A stretch of DNA of 63,976 nt, the filler included, from Pseudomonadota bacterium (GTDB taxonomy: Bacteria > Desulfobacterota > Desulfobacteria > Desulfobacterales > JBDRRP01), in NCBI GenBank assembly GCA_043825735.1. It is 7 parts of 7 records of this genome, joined end to end, with 100 filler letters (N's around TTAATTAATTAA, not from the genome) between each part and the next. Parts side by side here need not be neighbours in the genome. Positions count along the whole stretch, not along the records: positions 46,125 to 50,150 come from JBDRRP010000100.1; positions 50,251 to 54,998 come from JBDRRP010000102.1; positions 55,099 to 58,989 come from JBDRRP010000110.1; positions 59,090 to 61,202 come from JBDRRP010000119.1; 3 more parts are not named here. One strand, written 5' to 3'. Positions 49,914 through 59,459 of the stretch are shown piece after piece (the first letter of the stretch is position 1; the number at the start of each line of letters is the position of its first letter). The translations under genes and the position numbers were made by a program. Under the pieces are notes generated by a model, which was not told where the DNA came from, ran no database searches, and saw nothing but the letters and a program-made list of their open reading frames with translations.

Positions 49914-50450
49914 AATTATTCTTCCGGTTCTAATCCTGGTATAACCACCGAAAGAATTCTCGGTTCAGACCGGAAAAGGTATTATATACCCGTTAATTGG
50001 GTCAAAAATGGGGATATTTATGGCGTGAGAAATAGGTAACATACCTAATTAATAGGTATTGAGCGTTTTTAAATACCTATATAGCAGCTAATAATCTGGA
50101 AATATGGCATTTTTATTATATGAACCGTAATATAAAATATGGCCATGATCNNNNNNNNNNNNNNNNNNNNNNNNNNNNNNNNNNNNNNNNNNNNTTAATT
50201 AATTAANNNNNNNNNNNNNNNNNNNNNNNNNNNNNNNNNNNNNNNNNNNNGGGAACCCCGCCGGCAGCCTGGTTTTTATGTGAAAAGTGAAAAGTTAATC
50301 GTGAACAGTGATCGGCGGAAGACGGGGGCTTCTGGCGGGGGGAGGGCAACTGCCAAACACCCATTACTTCTCTTCGTGGTTATCAAAAAGCGGCTGTTTG
50401 CGTGGCCGGTGGGACTATTGGCGCCTCGAGGAGGAGTGAAAAACCGATTG

Positions 50451-50604
50451 CTCGCGCAGAGACGCAAAGGCGCTGAGAAATGCTGACACTGACATGAGAA
50501 GATGCAATATCAACCAAGCGCTATAAAGCGTCTCTTACCACCAATTGTGATTTTAACGGTTTTAAACTGGTATTACCCTCTGCGTCTTTGCGTCTCTGCG
50601 CGAG
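50451..50604. repeat. 27-bp inverted repeat of 9-nt units with AT-rich spacer
   Basis: CTCGCGCAGAGACGCAAAGGCGCTGAG / CTCTGCGTCTTTGCGTCTCTGCGCGAG, 2 mismatches. Confidence 0.72.
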
Positions 50605-50679
50605 AACGGGTTTTAGTTGTGGCGGTTCCGAATTGGGTTATACCCTTGTCCAGAAAGCCCAAGTTGATCTTATCCGAAC

Positions 50680-52197
50680 TTAACCAGCGTAATATTTCAA
50701 AATCGCCTCGCAGAGCCCGGGAATGGTGTAGTCGTCAGCGGTGAGGGCGACGGTGAATCCTAACGCTTCGGCGGTCTCGGTGGTGATGGGGCCGATGCTG
50801 GCTGCGGTCACCGGTGCCATCAATTCGGCCAGGCGCCCTTCCGGCAGCAGGGCCTTGAAATTGGTGGCCGTGGAAGAGCTGGTGAAGGTAACCATGTCGA
50901 TCTGCGCGTTCTCGAGGGCCGTTAACAGCTCATCGCCGCCGTCCGAGTCCAAAAGGGTCCGGTACGCGCAGACGTCATCCACCCGTGCACCCATTCTGGT
51001 CAGCGCCTCAGGGAGCACCGAGCGGGCTTCCAGTGCCCTGGGCAGCAGCACCCGGCTGCCGGCGACCGTCTCATTTGCGAAGGCCGCCACGACAGATTCC
51101 GCCCGGTAGCTTTCCGGCAAAATATCCGCCCGGATACCGAATTCCATCAACTTGTCCCGGGTTGCCGGACCGATGACGGCGATTTTGGCCCGGTGCAAGC
51201 GGCGCACGTCTGCGCCCAGTGAAAAAAGTCGCTGGAAGAAGTACTTCACGCCGTTGACGCTGGTAAACACGATCCACTGGTATTGTTCCAGATCGGCAAT
51301 GGCCGCATCCAGGGGCGCCCAGTCCTCCGGCGCTGCGATCCGGATGGTGGGGATTTCAAGGCACTCGGCGCCGAGGGCCTGGAGGCGCTCCACCAGGTGG
51401 CTGGCCTGCTCCCGCGCCCTGGTGACCACGATCCGCTTTCCGAAAAGCGGCCGCCGGTCGAACCACCGCATGGTGTCTCTGAGGCTGACCACCTCGCCCA
51501 CCACGATGATGGCCGGCGCTTTGAGGCCGGCCTCCGCCACGCGCTGGGCAATGGTGGCCAGGGTGCCGGAAACCGTTTTCTGGCGCGATGTCGTGCCCCA
51601 ACGTACCAGGGCCACCGGGGTCTCAGGGGCGCGGCCGTGTCGGGTGAGCTGTTCCACGATGAGGGGCAGGTTTTTCACGCCCATGAAGAAAACCAGGGTG
51701 CCGGCGGCCCGGGTCAATGCCTCCCAGTCGATGCTGGATGCGCTCTTGGTGGGATCTTCGTGACCGGTGACGAAGGCCAGGGTGGCGGTGAATTTGCGGT
51801 GGGTGAGCGGAATGCCGGCATATGCCGGCGCGGCGATGGCCGAGGTCACTCCCGGCACGATTTCAAAGGGGATGCCGTTGGCCACCAGGGCTTCGGCTTC
51901 TTCACCGCCGCGACCGAAGATGAACGGATCACCGCCTTTGAGCCGGGCGACGCTGCTTCCCGCCAGCGCTTTTTCCACCAGCAGATCATTGATCCCCTCC
52001 TGGGGCAGGGTGTGATCGCCGCCTTTTTTGCCCACGTAGATCACTTCCGCATCGGTGCGGGCATGCTTGAGCAATTGCGGGGCGGCCAGGTAGTCATAAA
52101 CGATCACATCCGCCCTTCGGATGCATTCGAGACCGCGGACCGTGATCAGACCGGGATCGCCCGGGCCGGCGCCTATCAGATAAACCGTTCCATTCAT
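50680..52197 (-). CDS. cobA: Uroporphyrinogen-III C-methyltransferase / synthase fusion (CobA-HemD)
   Basis: GAGPGDPGLIT, RLKGGDPFIFGRGGEE; then VTRAREQ, FTSVNGV, FTSSST, SIGPIT. Confidence 0.96.
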   Translation of the reverse strand: MNGTVYLIGAGPGDPGLITVRGLECIRRADVIVYDYLAAPQLLKHARTDAEVIYVGKKGGDHTLPQEGINDLLVEKALAGSSVARLKGGDPFIFGRGGEEAEALVANGIPFEIVPGVTSAIAAPAYAGIPLTHRKFTATLAFVTGHEDPTKSASSIDWEALTRAAGTLVFFMGVKNLPLIVEQLTRHGRAPETPVALVRWGTTSRQKTVSGTLATIAQRVAEAGLKAPAIIVVGEVVSLRDTMRWFDRRPLFGKRIVVTRAREQASHLVERLQALGAECLEIPTIRIAAPEDWAPLDAAIADLEQYQWIVFTSVNGVKYFFQRLFSLGADVRRLHRAKIAVIGPATRDKLMEFGIRADILPESYRAESVVAAFANETVAGSRVLLPRALEARSVLPEALTRMGARVDDVCAYRTLLDSDGGDELLTALENAQIDMVTFTSSSTATNFKALLPEGRLAELMAPVTAASIGPITTETAEALGFTVALTADDYTIPGLCEAILKYYAG

Positions 52198-52198
52198 G

Positions 52199-53134
52199 TC
52201 AATGTCCTGCCGTGGGAGTCAATCGGTTCAAAATGTCGTCGGCCCCGTCGTTGAGCAGCGATTCGGCCAGTTCAATGCCGATCTCCCGGCATCGGCGCGC
52301 CGGCCCCCGGCGGGCCGCCCGGATGATTCGGCTGCCGTCGAGTTCGGCCACCAGGCCGGCCATGATGATGATGTCGTTTTCAATCGTTGCGTGCCCGGCG
52401 ACAGGGACCTGACAACTGCCGCCCAGCCGGTGGAGAAAGGCTCTTTCGCCCGTGACGGCAATAGTGCTTTCCGGATGGTCCAGAAAAGCCAGCGCCGCAG
52501 CGGTGTCCGGATCGTCACGGCGTACTTCGATGCACAGCGCGCCTTGGGCGACGGCCGGCAGCATGACGGCCGGCGCCAGTGTTTCGCTGATGCGGGCTGC
52601 CAGGCCCAGGCGCCGAACACCGGCGGCAGCCAGAACGATGGCGTCCATCTCGCCCGCGTCGAGTTTCCTGAGCCGGGTGTCGAGATTTCCCCTGAGGGGC
52701 AGGATGCGCACATCCGGGCGGCTGTGGCGCAGCTGGGCGCCGCGCCGCAGGCTGCTCGTGCCGATGACGGCGCCGTTGGAAAGGTCTTTGAGGGCGGCGC
52801 CCGATGCCGATATAAGGACATCAAAGGGCACTTCCCGCTGCGGGATGGGGCCGATGATCAGTCCGTCGGGAATATCGGCCGGCATGTCCTTCATGCTGTG
52901 AACCGCCAGATCCACCGTGCCGTCCAGCAGGGCCTCTTCGATTTCCTTGACAAAGAGTCCCTTGCCGCCCACCTGGGCCAGAGGGACGTCCAGTATCTTG
53001 TCGCCCTTGGTTTTGATGACGGTGAGCGTGATGTCGGTGCCGGGATGGGCTTCGGTGAGCCGGTCCCTGACCCAGTTGGCCTGCCAGAGGGCGAGCTTGC
53101 TGCCGCGGGTGCCGATGCGAAGGGGGCGCTCCAT
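52199..53134 (-). CDS. hemC: Hydroxymethylbilane synthase
   Basis: IGTRGSKLALWQ, GGKGLFVKE, AVHSMKD, GTSSLRR, RGNLDTRL, GGSCQVP. Start set at ATG 53134. Confidence 0.97.
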   Translation of the reverse strand: MERPLRIGTRGSKLALWQANWVRDRLTEAHPGTDITLTVIKTKGDKILDVPLAQVGGKGLFVKEIEEALLDGTVDLAVHSMKDMPADIPDGLIIGPIPQREVPFDVLISASGAALKDLSNGAVIGTSSLRRGAQLRHSRPDVRILPLRGNLDTRLRKLDAGEMDAIVLAAAGVRRLGLAARISETLAPAVMLPAVAQGALCIEVRRDDPDTAAALAFLDHPESTIAVTGERAFLHRLGGSCQVPVAGHATIENDIIIMAGLVAELDGSRIIRAARRGPARRCREIGIELAESLLNDGADDILNRLTPTAGH

Positions 53135-53367
53135 CAGTGACCGCAGCTTCCGCAGTTGGTGGAGGCGCAGCCGGTGCAGCCCGATGCGCCGGCACTTCTT
53201 GAAACGGTCTGACCGCCACCGCCTTTGCTGACGTAGCCGCAGGCGCTCATCAAACGTTTCGTCTTTTTCCCCTGGCACTTGGGACAATCCGACGGATCGT
53301 CGGCGCGCAGGATGAGGCACTCGAAGTCTTTTCCGCAATCGTCGCAATGAAACTCGTAAATCGGCAT
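53134..53367 (-). CDS. FmdB-family zinc-ribbon protein with Cys-rich tail
   Basis: MPIYEFHCDDCG...CPKC...CTGCASTNCGSC. Start at ATG 53367 after AGGAAGG. Confidence 0.85.
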   Translation of the reverse strand: MPIYEFHCDDCGKDFECLILRADDPSDCPKCQGKKTKRLMSACGYVSKGGGGQTVSRSAGASGCTGCASTNCGSCGH

Positions 53368-53550
53368 GGGCGCCTTCCTGTGTAGTGGGTTTTCGCAATC
53401 TGGCACTATAACCATTTTGCCCGAAAAATCAAACCCGTCCGGCAACAGCCATTTTCGGTGAACACTGGCGGAGCCAGCCAGGTGAGGGGGAGAATTGCCA
53501 CGAGGTCATTTTTTTTAGATTCAGGAACCATAAGCGGGACATCTCCAGTC

Positions 53551-53629
53551 TTGACAGTGCGGTTGCAAGAGGTTAACGATGGGTTATATATAGATCATGA
53601 GAGTATGTTATGGGTTGTATGTGAAACAA
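53551..53629 (+). promoter_or_regulatory. Putative promoter and two operator sites of the hipBA-like operon
   Basis: TTGACA at 53551; imperfect palindrome ATGGGTTATATATAGATCAT (53579-53598) and related ATGGGTTGTATGTGAAACAA (53610-53629). Confidence 0.5.
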
Positions 53630-53636
53630 AGGAAGG

Positions 53637-53978
53637 ATGATGCCAAAGTCCGTCCCACGCACCTACTCACGCTACAGCCGCGATGCTGCTGCCTTGCTCG
53701 GCGCTCTGATCCGCGAGGCGCGCAGTGAGCGCAAGATCACCGCTCAGGAGTTGGCCGAGCGGGCCGGGATTTCACGGGGGATGCTGCAACGCATTGAAAA
53801 AGGCAATACCAAATGTGAAATCGGCGCCGTGTTCGAAGTCGCTGCCATTGTCGGCGTCAGGCTCTTCGATGCCGATGACGGCACGATGGCAACATACCTG
53901 AGCCGGACCCGTGAAAAACTGGCACTGCTGCCAAAATCCGTTCGAAGGAAAACCAAACCGGTGCGCGATGACTTCTAA
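53637..53978 (+). CDS. XRE-family HTH antitoxin (HipB-like)
   Basis: LGALIREAR...TAQELAERAGISRGMLQRIEKG; overlaps the hipA-like gene. Confidence 0.85.
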   Translation: MMPKSVPRTYSRYSRDAAALLGALIREARSERKITAQELAERAGISRGMLQRIEKGNTKCEIGAVFEVAAIVGVRLFDADDGTMATYLSRTREKLALLPKSVRRKTKPVRDDF

Positions 53979-54663
53979 CCCGGAGAAAGAAGCGTTTGTC
54001 TGGATCTGGTTGCCGGGCGAGACTTCGCCTGTCGTGGCCGGCCGGATCGAGGCTGATCACGGCGCTATCCGGTTCAACTACGGCCGGAGCTACCTTGGCC
54101 GGGTCGGCGCTCGCAGCCCGGCCATATCGATCTACGAACCGGAGCTGCCCCTCAGATCCGGCCCGCTCGCCCTTTCCGAAGGCTTGAACATGCCCGGATG
54201 CATCCGGGATGCCGCGCCCGACGCGTGGGGCCGGCGGGTGATCATCAACAAGCTGCTTGGGCTGAAGGGTCCGGGTGCAGACACCGCGGCGCTGGATGAA
54301 CTGACATACCTGCTGGAATCCGGTTCGGACCGGATCGGTGCCCTCGATTTTCAGCGATCTCCGGCGGAATACGTTCCACGCGTAGCCGGCAACGTGAGTA
54401 TGGAAGAATTGATTGAATCGGCGGAGCGGGTCGAAAAAGGCGAGCCGCTCACGCCGGAGCTGGACCAGGCCTTGTTTCACGGCAGCTCGATCGGTGGCGC
54501 CCGACCGAAGGCCCTGATTGAGGACCAGGGCAAGAAATATGTGGCCAAGTTTTCGTCCAGCGCCGACCTTTACAGCGTCTGTGAGGAAGCGGCGCTGAGC
54601 GATGTGGACAGGAAACTCTTAAAGGGGCGGCAGTTTCTAAACCCCTTTTCGATTGAACAATAG
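53968..54663 (+). pseudogene. hipA: HipA-family toxin with in-frame internal deletion of most of the kinase domain
   Basis: N-terminal domain, DAAPDAWGRR, SDRIGAL, SIGGARPKA and VAKF are present. There is no NxDxH catalytic loop or P-x-YD motif, and the sequence jumps to a native-looking end (CEEAALSDVDR...RQFLNPF). Only 231 aa. Confidence 0.75.
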
Positions 54664-54801
54664 ACGTAAAAACCCTTAACTTATAAGCTTTACAGCGCTT
54701 TGCCCAAATGCGAACACTTTCATGACACAGCTGAAGAACCGCATCGATACGGCCCGGCGCGTTTCACCCCATTCTCACTCGCAGGTAGCGCAGCAAGTCT
54801 T

Positions 54802-54858
54802 TGATCGTTATGATCGTTATGATCGTTATGATCGTTATGATCGTTATGATCGTTATGA
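54802..54858 (+). repeat. Perfect tandem repeat (TGATCGTTA)x6
   Basis: Six exact 9-nt units from 54802 to 54855 plus TGA. Confidence 0.95.
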
Positions 54859-54859
54859 G

Positions 54860-54998
54860 TGCGGTGGACCCCGAAATTCGGACAATGTGCTAAGCTAAGA
54901 GTCAGACCACTTCAACCAAGGAGGATCTGACAATGGGGAAGAGACGAAAAACGCACAGTGCCGAGTTCAAAGCCAAGGTAGCCTTGGCGGCAATCCAG
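54860..54998 (+). mobile_element. IS3-family element, left end and start of OrfA
   Basis: TG-start IRL TGCGGTGGACCCCGAAATTCGGACA; AAGGAGG RBS; ATG 54933 MGKRRKTHSAEFKAKVALAAIQ. Cut by the spacer. Confidence 0.85.
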
Positions 54999-55099
54999 NN
55001 NNNNNNNNNNNNNNNNNNNNNNNNNNNNNNNNNNNNNNNNNNTTAATTAATTAANNNNNNNNNNNNNNNNNNNNNNNNNNNNNNNNNNNNNNNNNNNNC

Positions 55100-55505
55100 G
55101 GCCCGGCGGCCTATGAGCGCGACATCGTCGGCAGCATTGGCATGCTCACCCGCGGACTAAAGCCGGTGGACGCCTAACTGATTGCGGCATTCAAGGCAAG
55201 GCAGGAAGCCGAACTGGACACGTTTCTGGAGCTTGCCGCAAAAAAGCTCGAAAAGCATCCAGACTATGAAGACATCTACGGCAAGTACGGCCCGGCATGT
55301 ACCTTTTGCAGAACCGGATATTACGACAACGGCTGGCACGAAGTAAAACCTGCAGAGGTAACTTGCTTGAGCCATTTAACCGAAGATCCGAAAAACGCCG
55401 GCGCGGCCCTTTAGCGCCTTCTTTGAGCTGTGGCATGTCGGCGTGCATCGGATCCATAGCGCGATTTCCAACATTACCGATAGGACAACAGTGGAGGACG
55501 CTACT
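55100..55505 (+). pseudogene. Disrupted phage-like ORF
   Basis: Protein-like frame continues across a TAA at 55175-55177 (LKPVDA*LIAAFKARQEAELDTFLELAAKKLEKHPDYEDIYGKYG) and appears to shift frame at the A5 run near 55391. Confidence 0.35.
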
Positions 55506-55787
55506 GTGACGGCAGACGAATACAAAACAGTGGTCGGCTTTGAATCCGGCCTCAAGCCAGGAGATCCCGTCCTGGAGCGCTGGAAGGTGTCCGGCTGGCG
55601 GTTTGCCGCGGCCGCAACGGTTTCGAAAATCAATGAAAAATCCATCGTTGTCGAGATCAACCAGGCCATCCCCGACCCAGGCGCGAGCGGCTTTGAGTAC
55701 AGCGCCGGGCACAAGATCCGTGTCGACAATTTCAGCGGAAAAGGCTGGGGCTATCGCAGCCGGGTCGAGCCGGTGGGAGGGTACTGA
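55506..55787 (+). CDS. Phage hypothetical protein, 93 aa
   Basis: GGAGG then GTG 55506; MTADEYKTVVGFESGLKPGDPV... Confidence 0.6.
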   Translation: MTADEYKTVVGFESGLKPGDPVLERWKVSGWRFAAAATVSKINEKSIVVEINQAIPDPGASGFEYSAGHKIRVDNFSGKGWGYRSRVEPVGGY

Positions 55788-56400
55788 TTCCATGTGGACG
55801 CCATATCCAAAAGTCGTGGTTCGAATCCTGCATTGAGCAAATGGCCGCTTGCGGCGTGGATCCGTCCGGCAAACACTTCGTCATGCCAGATGGTAGCGTG
55901 CGCACCGTGGCAGTTGGCACCGTTGGCGGCTACGTCTGGTTAATCCACACGAGCGCCCAATGGTGCGAAGTAACCTAAGAAGGCGCCCCAAGTGAGCCGC
56001 TTCCTGATAAAATCTTTCGGGGATACTTCCGCCTGCCTTCAAAAATCGTCGATCCTGCGGCATCTGGGGGCGATCCTGACGGGAGCTGAATGTAGCGCTA
56101 TCGATCGCGGGGGCGACAGGGTGTGGAGGTGGTTCCTGCGAGTTGGGAATCTCGCAATATGAGAGTGGGGCGCCGGACGGTTTTGCCCGTTTGTGTCGGA
56201 AATCGGAAATGTGTCGGGAATAGCTGATTTTATACCAGCGGGCGGCATTTTCTGACAATATTCGCTAAATGCCTAAAATAATGCGTAAAGAGCGCCGGAC
56301 GGGGCTTTTTTAGGAAATTCGGGGTTAAAATAGGCGCATGTTACCGAGTAACTTAGGAAAAAAGGCCATTATTATGCGAAAATATACCGTAAAGTCCTAT

Positions 56401-56661
56401 TTTCTAAACGCTATATATAGGGGGAAACTTTTCACTTTTTTTTTTGCTTTTTTTCCCAAACGACTATGGCACACTGACATTGCACACTGCATAGCTAAAG
56501 ATTTCAGTGACTTAACGCTATAATTATACTGGCACAGAGCTGACACAACTTCGACATAGCTGACACAGCTCTCTCTACAAACTACTTCCAAGTGTTGTGG
56601 TATAATTTCCGGCCTTCTTTGTTTATCTAAAAATATCAGTCCTATATATAGCGTTTAGAAA
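56401..56661. repeat. Perfect 21-bp inverted repeat enclosing iteron-like repeats; candidate phage origin or regulatory region
   Basis: TTTCTAAACGCTATATATAGG (56401-56421) / CCTATATATAGCGTTTAGAAA (56641-56661); internal TGRCAC/GACA repeats at about 56467-56570; AT-rich. Confidence 0.75.
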
Positions 56662-56767
56662 CCAGGCGGGGCGTGTGAAATCCCCAAAAAAGGGTTGTGC
56701 GCGGTCAAATCTTATTATAAGTAAGATTATTCCCATCAAGCCCCGCGCCAACTCCACGGAGGAATCG

Positions 56768-58447
56768 ATGGCGCAAAAAGAAGAAGCAGGCGAACTCATC
56801 ATCATCGGGCCTCCAGGGTGTGGAAAGTCCACCCGGCTCGCTACGAAAGAAATTCCAGACGCAGCCATGAAGTTCGGCCCCGACAAAATAGTGGTCACCA
56901 GCTACACCAAGGCCGGTGCCAGGGAGATCGCCACTAAGCGCTCCGTTCTTACCGGCGAAAAGATCCCGGTGAACTCTGCCCATGTCGGCACGCTGCACGC
57001 TCTTTGCTACCGGACCATCGGAACCCCCGATCTGGCTGAAACCCACCTCGATGATTGGACCATGGATAACCCGGCCTATCCCATGATGGATGGCGCAAAG
57101 GGCGATCTTGACGAGGGCGGGCATGAGTCGGGCGGCTCGATGGGCGAGGGGGACCAGTTTCTCCAACAAATGAACATCTGCCGCGCAAGGCTGATTCCGC
57201 CCGATCAGTGGCCGGATGCCGTAAAGCGGTTTGCCAAGCTGTGGGACGGATGGAAAGCCGCCACCGGTTATTTCGATTTTACCGACCTCATCCAGTACGG
57301 CATCGACAATCTGCCCTACGCCCCAGGCCAGCCCGATGTAATTTTTGTTGATGAGGCCCAGGATTTCACGGCCCAGCAGCTCAAGCTGATCCGGCTGTGG
57401 GGCGAGCAGGCCCGCTGGATCGTTCTGGTGGGCGATGATGACCAGACCATTTACGATTTTACCGGGGCAAGCCCCGAAGCGTTTATCCGGCCCGGTGACA
57501 CCACTCGCCGAAAGCGCGTCCTCAGTCAAAGCTACCGGGTGCCAAGAGCCGTCCAGGAGCGGGCGCTCAGAATCATCAGGAAAGTCTCCCGGCGCGAGGA
57601 AAAAGAGTACCGGCCGCGAAATGCCGATGGCATCGTGAGAACGCACATGGACGGGAATTTTAAAGATCCTTCCAGTGTTATTGACGAGGCCATCGTCAAA
57701 GTCAAAGAAGGCAAGCGCGTCATGTTTCTGACAACCTGCGCCTACATGCTCGATCCGCTGAAAGAGGGCCTTCGCAAAAAAGGCCTGCCCTTTTGCAACC
57801 CGTACCGCAAGCGCCGCGGCGACTGGAATCCGCTTTTGCCGGGCGATGAGTCGCGCACCACGGCAAGAGACATCCTTTCCTCGTTTCTGGCCACCGGTGA
57901 TGACGGCCCGTACTGGTCGGTCGAGCAGCTCATGAAGTGGCTCCCGTTTGTGAAGGTGGGCGATGACGGGCTTGTCAGAAAAAACGGCAAGGCCGGAATC
58001 AAGGCGCTAAAAACAGCCGTCGATGACCAGGTCGAAGGGCTCCATACCTGCCGAGAAGTCCTTTCGCAGCTTCTGGGCCCCGGAGCTGTGGAGCACGCGC
58101 TTTCAAGGGACGTGGACTGGCTCTATGAGCAGCTCGTTGCCGCAAAGCAGCGATCGCTTCAATATCCGACCTACGTGTTTCGGCAGTTTGGCGAAAAAGC
58201 CATCATGGAGGATCCGAAGATCATCATCGGGACAATCCATAGCGTAAAAGGCGGCGAGGCCGATTGCGTCTATCTTTTTCCAGACATCAGCAAGGCCGTC
58301 TTCACCGAGCTGCAGGTGGCCGATCCGACCAGGACCCGGGATGCCCTTTACCGCTTGTTTTATGTCGGCATGACCAGGGCCAAGGAGGAACTGGTGCTTA
58401 TGAACTATGCCAAGCAGGGCAAGAAGGCCTTGTATGTGGAGCTTTAG
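56768..58447 (+). CDS. Phage-type UvrD/Rep (SF1) helicase
   Basis: GPPGCGKS, TLHALC, VDEAQD, VGDDDQTIY, LSQSYR, TIHSVKGGEAD, YVGMTRAKE. Start at ATG 56768 after GGAGG. Confidence 0.9.
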   Translation: MAQKEEAGELIIIGPPGCGKSTRLATKEIPDAAMKFGPDKIVVTSYTKAGAREIATKRSVLTGEKIPVNSAHVGTLHALCYRTIGTPDLAETHLDDWTMDNPAYPMMDGAKGDLDEGGHESGGSMGEGDQFLQQMNICRARLIPPDQWPDAVKRFAKLWDGWKAATGYFDFTDLIQYGIDNLPYAPGQPDVIFVDEAQDFTAQQLKLIRLWGEQARWIVLVGDDDQTIYDFTGASPEAFIRPGDTTRRKRVLSQSYRVPRAVQERALRIIRKVSRREEKEYRPRNADGIVRTHMDGNFKDPSSVIDEAIVKVKEGKRVMFLTTCAYMLDPLKEGLRKKGLPFCNPYRKRRGDWNPLLPGDESRTTARDILSSFLATGDDGPYWSVEQLMKWLPFVKVGDDGLVRKNGKAGIKALKTAVDDQVEGLHTCREVLSQLLGPGAVEHALSRDVDWLYEQLVAAKQRSLQYPTYVFRQFGEKAIMEDPKIIIGTIHSVKGGEADCVYLFPDISKAVFTELQVADPTRTRDALYRLFYVGMTRAKEELVLMNYAKQGKKALYVEL

Positions 58448-58834
58448 ATGAAGGGAATTCGGCTCGATTTTTCACCTGACGGGGAGGCGTCGGTAACGAT
58501 TCCTGCGGAATTTGTGCCGATTTGTATTCATGGCCGGACGTGTGATGACTTTTTTGTGGGGGAGGAAGTCATCGGAAAATTCACGCTCCACCAGTATTAC
58601 TGCGAAAAAGCCGAAGGGAGCGTTTTTGATCTGCTCAGAGGAAAACAAACGGGGTGCCCACTTGGAAAATGGGAGGTGCTGCCAAGTGGCAAGAATACCG
58701 AAGCTGTTTTGGTTCGACACGGAAACGACGGGGACCGACCGGTACCGCAACTCGATGGTCCAGCTAAGCGCCCTGATCGAGATTGGGGGCGTGGTGGTGG
58801 AGGAACTCAACTTGTTCTTCCGGCCGCTGCCTGA
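58448..58834 (+). CDS. Phage hypothetical Cys-rich protein (CPLGKW motif)
   Basis: Starts immediately after the helicase stop. Its 3' part overlaps the next gene by 149 nt. Confidence 0.5.
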   Translation: MKGIRLDFSPDGEASVTIPAEFVPICIHGRTCDDFFVGEEVIGKFTLHQYYCEKAEGSVFDLLRGKQTGCPLGKWEVLPSGKNTEAVLVRHGNDGDRPVPQLDGPAKRPDRDWGRGGGGTQLVLPAAA

Positions 58835-58989
58835 TCGGGAAATCAATCAGGAAGCGCTGGACATCAACGGGCGCACTCTCGGGGAGATTGAATCTTTTCC
58901 CGATGCAGCCGATGGCGTTTCGCAGCTAAAGGCGGCGTTCAACCGGCATGTCAAAAAGTTCGACAAAATCGACAAACTGGTTCCTGCAG
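58686..58989 (+). CDS. DEDDh 3'-5' exonuclease (DnaQ-like), 3' partial
   Basis: GGAGG then GTG; LFWFDTETTG ExoI motif, EALDING. Confidence 0.8.
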
Positions 58990-59090
58990 NNNNNNNNNNN
59001 NNNNNNNNNNNNNNNNNNNNNNNNNNNNNNNNNTTAATTAATTAANNNNNNNNNNNNNNNNNNNNNNNNNNNNNNNNNNNNNNNNNNNNT

Positions 59091-59459
59091 ATAAAAAAAG
59101 AGACGCCGTTCGGGGCCGGGCCGATCCATCTGCGCGACACGATCCACAACAAGGTCAGCGTGTCCGGGACAAAAGTGTCCGGCATCCTCGGCACGCCGCT
59201 GGCGCATGGCGAGCCGGTGGAAATGGGGACAAAGCCGCATTTCCCGCCGATCGGGCCGATTCAGTTCTGGGTGCAGCAAAAATTGCATATCGAGGGCGAA
59301 AAGGAATCGCGGTCCGTGGCGTTTTTAATCGCGCGGGCCATATCGAAACGCGGCACAAAACCCCGCAAAATGTTTGAGACCGGGTTTGAGGAAAACGAGG
59401 CGACGGTAATCAGCATTTTAAACGAAATCCCGGCTGACATCATCCGGAGGGTGAGCTGA
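59091..59459 (+). CDS. Phage tail-completion protein, HK97 gp10-like (5' partial)
   Basis: TP...HLRDTI, VEMGTKPHFPP...I..WV, IARAISKRGTKPRKMF. Confidence 0.7.
   Translation: MKKETPFGAGPIHLRDTIHNKVSVSGTKVSGILGTPLAHGEPVEMGTKPHFPPIGPIQFWVQQKLHIEGEKESRSVAFLIARAISKRGTKPRKMFETGFEENEATVISILNEIPADIIRRVS

Noticed and set aside
50279..50311. 7-nt repeats GTGAAAA (and CAGGGG(C/T) repeats at 61030-61060)
   Set aside because: Short, degenerate low-complexity repeats with no further structure I can support.
55812..55832. GGTTCGAATCC resembling a tRNA T-loop or att site
   Set aside because: The T-stem does not pair beyond 2 bp, and no acceptor, D or anticodon arms can be folded.
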